This document shows positions 36,087 through 48,444 of a stretch of DNA of 64,000 nucleotides, in pieces. Origin of the DNA: Leptogorgia sarmentosa (taxonomy: Eukaryota); the NCBI GenBank assembly GCA_964658305.1, contig OZ210884.1, positions 1,364,001 to 1,428,000 of the forward strand, read 5' to 3'. The notes under the pieces were generated by a model, which saw only the letters and a program-made list of their open reading frames with translations, was not told where the DNA came from and ran no database searches. Position numbers and translations under genes: made by a program. Every line of letters starts with the position of its first letter. Position 1 is the first letter of the stretch.

Positions 36087-37295
36087 AAGGTTCTGATATT
36101 GTACATATATACAGCATGTAGCATGATTTTATCCGATAACATCTATCGTATAGACAATGTCGCAGAAAAAAGTGTACAGTATGGGAAATCTAGGGGCGGT
36201 ATTAACATCTTTTATGTAGATCTGATCTCAACGTTACAAAATTAACTTCTGGGTTATTTTTTACCAAAGTAGAATTTCTTGTGTTCATAACTGTGCATAA
36301 TATATATAAGATCGGTAAAAATATGTTTTTTAACGTTATGTAGTACTGTAGTAGCCATTATTGACAGTCTGCTGAAATCTTAATGCAACTCCCATTTTCT
36401 GTTGTTTTAATTTTTTGATGAATCCCAGTCGGAGTGCTTGAAACGGTAGCTAGAATTTTCTCTTTGTGGCTGCGAAAATGTCCCAGCCATAAAAGCAAAT
36501 CTCAAGCGCTGCTCCCATTTTACCCCTTCAGTATATAATCCCTACAGGTGGAAACGAGATTACTCATGCGAGGCATCTCTTCACAAATTCCATGGGACAT
36601 ACTCGATAACACATTTTACAAATACAATTTTAGCAAAATAACAAACACTATAAATTGAACACAAATTTTTAAGATATGACAATCTTGAGGACAACTGACA
36701 AGGACATTGGATCTATAGACATTAACCGAGAGCATGACAAATTACATCAAACATGTAATAATAACAACTTTGAATAATGTATATGGAGGAAATTTGAGTG
36801 TATAATTGTTGTAGGTTGTATAAAACTCTTAACTATACGCTTTTAACTACACGCTTCGTAGTTCAATGGTAGTTATCCCTAACTACACAACAATGTACGT
36901 GTTTTTTATTGGTTACTTCCGCGCTTAACTATATTCAACTTTATTATATGAGACAATTTGTGGTAATCAGCATGTTTAATTTATACATGGTGATTACCAC
37001 AAATTGTCTTATATAATATTACTTCTACACCATGCAAAACTTCAAACATTATAGTCATCTTTAACGACGTCTTTTTACAACCGGCCCCTGGTATATATAT
37101 ATATATATCCTACTTTTTACGTCGTAGAGTTACTGTTCTTTGTGCCATTTAAACTGAGTTATATCTTTGAGGATTCAGTGATGCAACATGGAAACAGTCT
37201 ATTTATGCAGTTTCGTTTTCTGAATGTGTTCTCTCTACGTATAATTGATCTGAATTATTAATATCTTTAAAGTGAGAACCTTCATGTGGTGACGT

Positions 37296-39682
37296 CTAAA
37301 GCGTCCATCTTCTGAACGTGTTCTTTTCTCTATAATCTGCCAGCCATTCCCGCGCTGCTTTCATTGAGGAATTCATAGGTCCCTGCCCGCCAACGTAAGC
37401 TACCTTGCCTTCTTCGATAGCGTAAAGACGTTCAGGCAAAGCACCATAAGCGACGTTGGCGTTATCTTCCATCGTGTCCACTAATATTTCACACGGTAGA
37501 TTGAGTTCTTTTAATTTTTGTGCAGCGCGACATCTTTCTTCTTGGCTTCGATGTTTTCTTACTTTTATGAAGTTGTTCTGAAATGTAAGCGTTAATAGTA
37601 CACTTTAGTATTGATATCGAAGACCACGGTCCACATCTGCTACATGCTATATAATTATATTGTCCGAGGACAGTGGATTGAAAATTTCACTTCGAAATAA
37701 GAGCTTTGTATCCCATAATTAATAGCAGCAGAACTATATTACCAACCAATCGTAATCTAGCTTACGCTGTGATAGCGCCAAAAGGACTCATTTGGGATTG
37801 TTGTTAAGACTATCAGTTGATGTTTAACCCAAAGGGAAGTTCAGAGAGTAGGTTTTTGAAACATTTTGTATTGCATAATATTATTTGCTCAAAATTTGTA
37901 CACAGGAAATTAAATTTGAATATAAACATTAGCTGTTGGGTTTAAAGTGCTTAATATAAACCCAAAATGGTGATTAGGATAAAGCTAAAAACGTTACTTA
38001 ATAAGTTCTGGATTAGTTTTATGGTTACGCTTTTAGTTTCGGAGATATTTTATACACAATATTTCATACCCTAACCAGAACAACAATGCCTATATTATCA
38101 AATGATTTGCGGAAACAATTTAATATCTTTTTAGCTCATGCAATGGCGTCATCAGTCGTGTATTTTTAATACGTCAATCGTTCAAAATTGGCAGCAAAAA
38201 TGGCAAAAACCAGACAGTACATATACCTTGAATGACCATCCATCCTCGGGATGGGCTTCTTCAATGTAAACTACAACAAAGTCCACGATGTCTGAGTAAT
38301 CCTGCGCCAGCTCACCGAACTCCTTAAGCTTGCTCATAAAAACTGGACAACTGCAGCTGCCAAAGTACACAACTAACGCTCTGTCGGCCTGTAGCAGATC
38401 CAGCAGGCGCACGCACTTTCTGCCATCGGTTGTCACTAGGGGAACATTCTGTGCTTCTACGCCACTGCGTGCTTTCCTCGTGATGTCGACGATTCTTGAT
38501 TTCCAAACAGATTTGTACATTTCCCAACCGAGGAACGTATCCCAGTAGTTCATTTTCGGCATCTTCAATCCCGTAATCGCTCTCATTCCGTTTTCAAGCA
38601 CGAAGCTCAAACCTGAAGATAGATCATTGCATATGTGAACAGGGATCTTTCGATTCGCGACGGCTATAGATGATATTTTTGCCTCAACTAAATAACAACT
38701 AATTACAATTGCGCATGGTACAACTAAACCTGTGTTAAAAAAGATACGATGTGAAATAAAAAACGACGAAACGTTTGTGGAAGTTCATTGCAAATGTTTT
38801 AAGGAAAAAATGTAGTAGCCGCACCGAATTTCGGAGCCGTAGCGAATCTAAAGTTCTCTAATATATTACGTGGAAACCTGTGAACCACGAACATTTTCTT
38901 TTCATTACTCCAACCTAACCTAATCATAACCCCAAGAGCTTGTGCTGTGCGAAATCTTTGAATTGTTGCCACTCATTTTTTGAATAGCACGTAATCGTAC
39001 ATGAGTGAAATTACTCAACGTTTGAATATCTCATTGGTTTGATCATGCTCGATAATTTTTTAGTAAAATCAGCTCAAAAACATCACAGTCATGTTGTTAT
39101 TATTGAGCATTAATGGTAGTGCGACATTCTCGGTATATACCACAACATGCATAATTTTTTTCAATATGTACCAATGGTAATCGCACAGGAATTAATAGGT
39201 GGTCGTTCTATATAATCGGGGTAACTACCCTAAAACGAAGGCAAATAAGCTCGAAAATGAGGAACTATATTGGGCTATAGGGCTCCAATTTAACTTTAGA
39301 ACACCAGCTATGCATAGCGGTAATTACAAACAGCTCTTTTATGATTGAAACAATAAATTTGTTCTGGCATTTTCAACATAACAAGTCAATAAATTATTTA
39401 GTCTTTTCACGATTTGGTATCCTGATAGAAGTTCAAAGATAATACCCCACAAACTACTGCCACTAGTATGCAATAATGTCTGATTTATATTTATATGAGT
39501 AATGAATATGCATGCAATTAAAATGACGATGTTAAAAATGAAATTTTAGATCGAAATAAAGCAAACTAATTCATCATCTCACCTGGAACATAGTAGAAGA
39601 CACTACAAATGGCAAAGATGAATGCCACCTCCAATGTGACCCAACACTTCACAACTGCCGTGTACGCACTTTCGTATTTCAT
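37296..39682 (-). CDS. Iodothyronine deiodinase-like protein, Cys-type (255 aa, 3 exons)
   Basis: Exons 39682-39583, 38612-38227, 37577-37296 (768 nt, phases consistent). N-terminal hydrophobic segment; RALVVYFGSCSCPVF, DFVVVYIEEAHPEDGW, KHRSQEERCRAA, LVDTMEDNANVAYGALPERLY and YVGGQGP are deiodinase family signatures. Confidence 0.92.
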
Positions 39683-42069
39683 GACTGCTTCGCACAAAAT
39701 GTGACAAACAAGGTCTGCTCGAGGTATTTAACAAATACTTCGGCCCGAAATTTGCATTTCTTTTCATCGCTGAAGACGCACAATCACGGCACCCCGCTTC
39801 CGTTGCCTACAGTGTTCCAGGTATACTTAAATGCCAGGAATGTCGAAGGGTGTGTCGGCAAAAAACCTCACCTGGATTCGAAGTCGTAATTGTTCTTTTT
39901 CAAGTTTGTAGAGCGGTTCACGAGGGGTGAAAAACATCCATGTTGTTTTGATTTTCGTGTTCGCCTAAATGTATTAATGCGCTGTAACAGATCATAAGCA
40001 AAAGTCATCAATACAAATGACGTATACATAATGGTGCTAATCACGCTCGTAAAATTTCACCTAATTGTACTGACCTGACTGCCGTGCAAATTAGACCGCA
40101 AATGTTGGTTACAAAACAGGAAAATATTTTAATGTTTACTTGATGCTTAACTTCATGTAGGCGGACAAGAAATGCGTCTGACAAGCAAGGAGCCAAATTT
40201 GGTCAACGTTTCTAACAAACAATGACTCCGACAAACAATCAGCTAGAAGGCGTTTGTTATATGTATTCTACAGTTACTGCGCGTGAAAAAATTCAACATA
40301 TGCAACATTTGATCACAATTTGACCACCTAGCTATATCAAATGAAATAACTATTTCTTTATTAAACGTTTGGCTTAAGGATGTTAGACATGGTATAAATG
40401 CAAAACTTTTTTTGCTTATCCATGGGACGGGAATATTATCTCAAAAATAAGTAAAGAGAAGGTTCAATTTTAGTCAAAGAGCAGGACTGTATTTAGTCTT
40501 TTGGGCAGTAGCTAACTGTAGATCTCTAACGACAAATTCGCATTTTACGTGAATTCGAATGTGTGTATACAACTGCAACATTTACAGCTGTTGTTGTGTC
40601 GCTTGAAAGGCAAATCGAAGTTTTTATTTATGAAGTATAGTGTTCAAAAGAATTTTTGCAACTGATGTGAATGATGATTCAGGATGTACATGTGAGATTA
40701 GTCATGGTGATTTCACATGTGAGAATCATCGCTGACAAGCATTGTGTTTTGATGCTATTTTGTGGACAATGATTTGGGGTGGCGGGGCAATTTCTTTGTA
40801 GATTAAAAAATGCTGAAGTAATATTAATACATGTACAGAAATACGAATTTTTTTATTATTCCTCGTGTTAATGAGGAAATCTCCCTCGTTCGCTTCGCTC
40901 ATTCGCGATTGACCATGATCAAAGTAAATTCATATTTCCACACAGCTATGCCTATATCTTTCGCTATATACCCTGTGTCATGACTTTTTGTCAGAAGTCA
41001 AATTATTATTTTGATGACGATAGAAGCAAGCAAAACGACTTCGATAAATACACATTTGTTGGTCTGTATGTATGCAATTGACAGCAAGAGAAACTGTCAG
41101 ACAAAGATGAAATTGTACAAATTTGTATTTCTGTTCCCTTTAGAAGCTAATTTAAAATCCAGAGGTGTCACTAACACAGGCTGTCAAATTACATTTGCTA
41201 TCCCGCAAGTTTGAATATCAAAGTCCGAAACTAGTCGCGGCTGTACAAGGTCGAAACTAGTCTAAACGCTTTACTACGTATAGCGGGGTAGTTTCCCCTC
41301 CGATGCCCACGGGCCCCAGGTAAACGGAGGAAAACAGCTTTAACAAAACACGTGTGAAATAAAGCAGGCGTCCACTTGCGTGGGCATTTACCTTGCAGTC
41401 ATTAACACTAACAATATGATCGTCATTGTATAAGATCTCAGTTGAAAAAGTGTGAGGCATTAACATGAATCATCATTTTTAGCTGAAGTTACTGTGTCCA
41501 CGCATGTCGTGGTGGGAATTTGTTTCCCTATTGAACTGCGATGTATATCTTGCTAGCTAATCATGATCATGCTCTATTATTTATAATACCGACCATTATA
41601 AAGTTATGTTTACGAACACATTGAGTGTTGCATCTTGCATGACGGTTCTTCTAAATACGACAGTGAACATTTTGAAATTCGTGTTCATTTAACAATTAAT
41701 TTCGTATTCTACCTGGAAGAAAAGCTTCGTGTGATGTAAAATTTGCACGATTCTACCACGTGTTCTCACGACATGCTCCAAACTGCACGAACCGGCCATA
41801 GATAATACCATGCATTTCGCTGAATAAGAATATGAGCAAAAGAGGTATAGTATACATGCAATGCGATGTGTGAAAATCGAACATGCGGGCCGCCTGTCAC
41901 TCAGTTGTTGGTGTCAGAGCGGATTTGGACCTCCGGTCCAAATCTCTTAGTAGAGATCTATATGTATACGGAGTAGGAACTTGGGTTGCTCATAAAATTA
42001 ATAATAAACCGAATAATTATAACGTATATATTATGTCCAACGTTTCGATCGCTTTGGGCTTGCAGGTCG

Positions 42070-42285
42070 ACAATAAAGGAATACCGCGCCAATGGTTTTC
42101 CGTGCAGGATTGCGTCGTCCATGCACGCGGGATGTGCCGAGAGTTTCGGAAAGCGTAAAAAATCACGAGCCGCAGGCGAGTCACTTTTAGCTTTCCGAAA
42201 CTCAAGCCACATCCCAAGTGCAAGCAGGGATGACGCTATCCAGCACGGGAAAACCATTGGGTGATTGTTTTATAAAATAACTACA
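42070..42285. mobile_element. Palindromic element with CC-GCA-GG apex (Crypton-like); partial copy at about 1745-1835
   Basis: Arms ccaatggttttccgtgcaggat...gagtttcggaaag / ctttccgaaactc...atccagcacgggaaaaccattgg around tcacGAgCCGCAGGcGAgtca (42170-42176). Confidence 0.6.
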
Positions 42286-43247
42286 GTGAAGCAACGGAAA
42301 ACGTTCATTTCCTTTCCATAAATAGGAGAAACCCTTGTTTGTTGTATTTTATAGAAATTTGTGTTACCGTCAAATTTTCGTATTTTACTTTTATTTTATA
42401 TTGCCGACATTTTAAAAATCTCCGCGACGTGTGAGCGTTACGCTCGTGAGTAAACTTAAAAATTATCCGTGCAGGATACTGTGCAGGATTGTCTGATCCT
42501 GCACGGCTATTAACCAATCAAATTGCGTGTTTCACTGTAGTTATTGTATGATCCGCGTTCCTGTAGCTAATATTCTATTTCCATATAGCTTTTGTCAAAA
42601 CTCTGCTGAGTTTTGGTCATTGTAGTATTGTCTCGTATTTATCAGAAAATTTTGTTTCAAAGAATGCCATAATATATATTATTTGGTTAAAAAACATTAT
42701 GCAGCCTTGCACAGAAAGGGCATAACAGAAAAATGATATGTGGTTCCTACAAGGGCCGGTGATTAACCTAGAGGAATGGAGCCTGGAATACGAATAGGAT
42801 CTATATAGTTGGGAGACGATTATATAGAAGTGAATGTTTTGCTAATCCATGCAATTTGCATTAGCTGTATGTACTATTTAAAACATGAACAGGAGTGCTT
42901 TATCAGATGTACAGAACGAGGTGTCAGCCGAGAGTTTAAATCATAATTTCCAACTCATAGCTAAGTAATTCAAATCAAAGTCAGTTAAATCAAATTTAAA
43001 AGGATACACGATAAATCGCAATATAAGTACATAATACATCTTTGCTCATTTGATTAGGGAGTCAATTAAAGCAAGTTAGTAATATTATCATATACAATCA
43101 GGTTTTAATGATATTAATAAGCTTTAATTCACATGACCTAGCTATTTACAGGTATTGCTAGGCTATCAAATTGGGATTGTAGATTAAAGTATAGACTACG
43201 ATATTTACAAGGATATATATATTATTATGTATTTATGTAAGTAATAT

Positions 43248-46200
43248 TTAGTCCCAGCAAAGTAGTTTACCAAGAGTATGGAATCCGTGTTCATTTGATG
43301 ATCCTGTATCTCCAAATCTCAGCTGCATTGCAGGCAACGTGTTCTTGTCTGTCAGATACCCACTGTCTTCACGAAGAACTCCGTCATTTGCATCACAGTT
43401 ACATTTGTTACCTCTGACACATGTGTTGTTCATCGCGCATGCGCACTTCCCACTGTCGACCGCAGCACCACCCCAGTAATTCATCTTCCACCCTTGAAAA
43501 TATAAAATGTCATATTTTCTTTTTCAGGCTACTATACGCAGAATTTGTTTTTCTTTCTAATTTGCACGTTGGAACAAGACGTAGGAGGGCGGCAGCAGGA
43601 TGACTTTGATCCTGTATGAGAATATGAATTGAAAAAGAAATTCGTCGGGTTGAAATCAGTTGTTTTTGCATTAAAGCAGCGCTATGTCACGTGACATTAG
43701 TGCATCTTTTCTGTCAACATGGCTATATATAACTTCGAGATATGTCTGAAACTCTAAGAGAACATTTCATGTGTCATCGTGCCGTCGGTAAACACAGAAA
43801 TAAGGAATGTGAATTGATTTTAAATATGTGTCGGATTGTTCAAACTATTATTGAAAACGCTTGGTCAACGTTTTCAATTAGTCGAACAATCCAGCAAGAT
43901 TTAAAGTTTAAAATCAATTTATATGCATTATCTTTGTGTTTACCATGACACATGAAATTTATCTCAATTTATTTCATGAAATTTATTTCAATTTCTATTT
44001 TATTTCTGATGTATTACGAGTTTGAAACAAGATGCGCAGAAAAGATGAGCAGACCGTGACACAGCGCCTTTAATTTCAAAAGAAATCCATACATGGCAGA
44101 ACATGCATGAATATATGAATATACACACGGCCCTGGACCCAGTCCTTCGGTCGATTAAGAAAACGCTAATTATTCGACATGTATATCTGCCCTTACCTTG
44201 GCGAGAAACCCACCACCCTACTGTCGAAAATACGCTCCAGATACACTCATATCTGATAAACTGTTGACAGTAACGAGACTGGTTTACGACTGCTACAATG
44301 CGTTCCATTGCAACGGCGTACACGATGTCTTTTTTGTACGATCCTGCTGATTCGTATCCATTGACTTTCATCCTTGATTCACTATCGTGTCCAATCTCGG
44401 TCACCCCAGCTCCGTTCTTTGCGCTCATATCACAGTATACTGGAAATGGAGACAAGCCATCGCTTTTGGGATCGATGTTGTAAATTCCATTTTCCAGACC
44501 GCGGTATTTCTTTTTCAAGACGCTGCAGGTTAAATTTGCAATTGGCTTCTTAAGACCTATATGACGTTTGTAAAGTAAATTTTGCTTTAATAATTTGAAT
44601 GGCTTGTTGAACACAAATTGCAAGACTTGAATGCCATAGTTAGCATTCTGTTCAACATTTCAGTTTTCTATTAGATTTGTTTAAAGGATCAGTGTCACAC
44701 CATAGTAATGCATGCTCAATCGTTGCTGGCGGCCATTCATTGCAATTTTAATAATTATTTTTGTCTCTTGTGTGTAAAATGTCGAAAAACTGTAATTTAA
44801 ACAGTCTAGAATTTCACCCTCCCCTTTTCAAATTCCTGTATCCGCCCCTGCTATACCATCTTTGTTTGCATTTTGTCAAAATAAAAAAAGAACATCCGAA
44901 ATAAATTTCAAATGCATTTCGAAAAGGTGCATTTGTTTTTCAAAAACAATGGATTGGTGTTGTCAAAGTGTTGTCGGAAATAATGGTTAATTTTAAAATA
45001 ATCGTTGAAATCAGGCTTCAGCTAGTTCTGTTTAAAATTGGTAATTTCTTTACACAAAAAGCCACCTGATTTATCGGGAAATGATAGATCATTTAAATAC
45101 CTTTATAGCTACATTTGGATTTCCTTCCATGCTCGATTCGGTTGTTGCACTGCGTAAGAAAATAATGAAGGAAAAGTCAGACATACAAATAAAACAAGAT
45201 TTAATATAACTGCATGTGATGATAATAAACATTCTTCAACAAATAAAGTTCCACTCACGACCTACTATTAATGAACTTAAGGAGCCAACATTTTCGCGGC
45301 GACACCAACGCCAGCTCTCTATTTGGACTAAGACGGGCGTTAGCGTGCATGGCGAATGAATATCTCTATTTTGGCGTTGTCGCAAAAACGTTGGTAATTA
45401 ATGGTAAAAACAGCCATTTTACGCATTTTAATCCTTAAAGTTTTCAAATTATTGTTACTTATTGACAATCCCAGAATGTTCATGGGAATGGGAATGCACG
45501 TCGCTCCCCTCTCCCGTGTCCCAAAACTATCATCCAAGACGACGTGGTATTTGCAAAAAATTATCTTCACAGAAGTGGTTCAAATTTATGATGAAAAACA
45601 TGATCTTCCTGTAATATATCGCTAGACCCTGTTATATTATACATTTTTTAAAGTTTATTCCTTTGTTTTATTAAAAAGTACAATGCGGGCTCGAAACTAA
45701 GTTTACAATTATTCAGAGCATGGTGAGAAATAATAGACATGATTGCGAAATTATACTGGCCGTGGAATATTAATTAGCTGCGTTTAGTCACACGCAATGT
45801 ATTGCAATAAAGTTTTATTTTCATGTATTCGAATGAATTCTTTGGGCTTTCTCGGTTAATTAAAACGATGATCTCTTTGTTGTCGAATGCCTATCAGCAG
45901 TGGAAAACTGAATGTTTCTAGAATTTACCCATTTTTAACATTGAAAAAACGACTATGGTTCAAGAACAAAGACAAAACCAGCTCGAATGATGGGCGAGAT
46001 ATACCTCAAAATTTGTTTTGAATATCGCCAGAAAAGAGCTATTTCATCATTTTCTTACTGTTATCAAATGTATTATAAGGGATGAATATTTTTAATCAAA
46101 AAAAGAAGCAAATGATATCTTGCTGAGCAAATTGCCTGCAATATCAGCAAACCTCATCGATCGTTCAAATCTTGTAAAGATTGAAATAAACACGTTTTAC

Positions 46201-48444
46201 TCAAGCGGCAGATTTCGGGATGTAATTTATCAGTTTCGTCAATGTAACTCATGAACTTATGTAATGAACGTACGTTCTGCGCATGCGTGTCCGTTCTTTT
46301 TCGCCATGGCACAACATTGAGTTGAAACACAGACCATGTTGCAGGATTGGGTAATATACTCTACAATGCAACGTACCCGAACATCTTTATAATATATCCA
46401 TCCTTTCTCCCCTTCTTCGCCAAAATTTTCAGTTAGGTTGCTTAGTATGCAATTCACTTCATCCACGCTGGTCGGCTTAAATTTAAACGCCAGACATGAT
46501 GGCTCATTTGTACAGTGAAGGAAGCAGTTTCCTGCTCGAGCAACGCGATGTCTAGAGATAGCACTTACACTTGAGAAACCAAAGGACCCTAATTGAGTAA
46601 AAGAATTTAGAGTTACCGTACGAACCAAACAGAATGGTACAAGACAACTTGCAGTCTTATGTCGTATATTTGATGCTCTGGAAATTTTGAATTGCTTTAC
46701 TTCATTGGACCAGTTAATTTAAAAAAATTTAAAAAACAATTGGAATAGCGTTACGGTAATTCAATACAACAAAGTTAAAGAATTTCCCCAACTTAGTAAA
46801 ATTGCAAAGTTGGAGTTGCTTGTAAAATGTTGATTTATTTCTACTAGCTAGAAACCTCTTGTGACATTGCTATGTTAAAGTTCCTCGTACGTGAAGTTTG
46901 CATATTTTTTGAATAACTCGCAAAAAACCGATACATTTTCTCGATGGCGGTAGCAATTCAGTCTATGTGCGTAATGCTTAAAATATACAAAATTTGCAAA
47001 CTTAATAATATAAATTCTTACATTCTCAGAACAGTATTTGAAAATCAAACTGTACAATTTTAATAATTATGGGAACTCATCGACTGTGAATGCCAGCCCG
47101 AACGCCAGCAACTCTGCCAACTCTTTCTGTTTGAGTTGATGAAACTTGTGAATGAAACAGTGAATATCAAATTGCATATTATCCCCGATTAAAATTCATC
47201 TGGGTACATAATAAAGCCTGTTTTCCACTCACGTATTTTGCCGCCGCAGGCGAAAATTTCGCACATCGAAAAATTTAATTTCTTATTCTTTCGTGACATC
47301 AACGGGAGGCCTGAGAAAAGTTGAACGTTTTCAACAGCGCTGAGATTTGAAACAAAGTATCATGCATAGAGACACTGCAAGTACTAATACTGCATAAGAA
47401 TTATACTTGTAGACAGGGGGGTACATATCGATTTTTTGGGGGTGTAAATCTTAATGGAGACCGATTCGAGGGCCGAAGGCACGATAAACCTAGGGGGGTC
47501 TGGGGGCATGCCGCCCCCCCCCCCATGAAAATTTTGAAATTTGGGTCTCGGAAATGGCATTTCCAGCATGTTATCTGTTAGAAGGAAGGTGTTAAAACAC
47601 TTGTCCGCATAATACCATTGACGCCTGTCCGTATAACGCCATTTGTAAACTGCATAATCACTTTACTTTTTATAATTCATTGCTATGAATGCAGTCTGTC
47701 TCGAGATAATATGTCGGTCTTCGCTCAGCAATGCATTAAATCCTTCTATTGCGTAATTTTGTATTTTGAGACCTGTTGTACGTATTTTGAGACCGACTGG
47801 CCAGTGCCTTTGGGGTGGGGTGGTGGGGGGGGGGGGGGGGGGGGGGGGTGGACCACCCCTCAAACCCCCCATATTTACGCCCCTGCTTGTAGAATAATTG
47901 AAAAGTTGTAGAATAATTAAGACGAGGATTTTCTGTAGCTATGTCACGTATCTGAGGTTTATACGTATATTTGAGGTTTCTCAGTCGGCAGATTCACTTA
48001 GAAAGTTTGATGGATTCATAATTAACGATATAAAACGAAAATAGAAAGATTTTGGAGAGTACGCCAAAGAGAAAATTACGTTTCAAATATTGCATTTAAT
48101 GTTGAAACCAAGGCTTCATTTATATTGCGCTGGTTATACAAACATTGATGCTCATAATTTTCATATTCCTTTTAGTTTCTCAATACCCAGACATAGTTTC
48201 GAAGACAGCAAATAGTTTTGTCGAGGCAATAATCATAGAATAATTTGATTTTGAGATGGACGCCAAAAGGATTTCGGGTTTTGAACACATTTTGTCGAAA
48301 ATGCGCGACAGGGAAAAAATTATTCTCTTATAATAACTTACCGTTTACAACTTTCTCGAATCGTCTCTGAATGCCGCACGAGTCTGCTCTTAGCCATCCC
48401 GATATCATCAGAAAAATGCAAGACGATAGATACAATCTTTCCAT
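43248..48444 (-). CDS. Secreted PAN/apple-like + CASPR/neurexin-IV-type fibrinogen-like domain protein, paralogue A (322 aa)
   Basis: Exons 48444-48342, 46588-46377, 45149-45101, 44556-44197, 43492-43248 (969 nt). Signal-peptide-like start MERLYLSSCIFLMISGWLRA; CFLHC..C..F...C PAN-like pattern; GIYNIDP...FPVYCDM...GHDSE...CQQFIRYEC...WWVSR...YWGGA...CAC...CNCDAND...RFGDTG...LGKLLC. Possible 5'UTR exon ending at 49213. Confidence 0.85.

Noticed and set aside
37230..37295. SECIS element after the deiodinase stop
   Set aside because: An ATGA...AA spacing exists on the minus strand but the required helix does not pair, and the ORF has no in-frame TGA.
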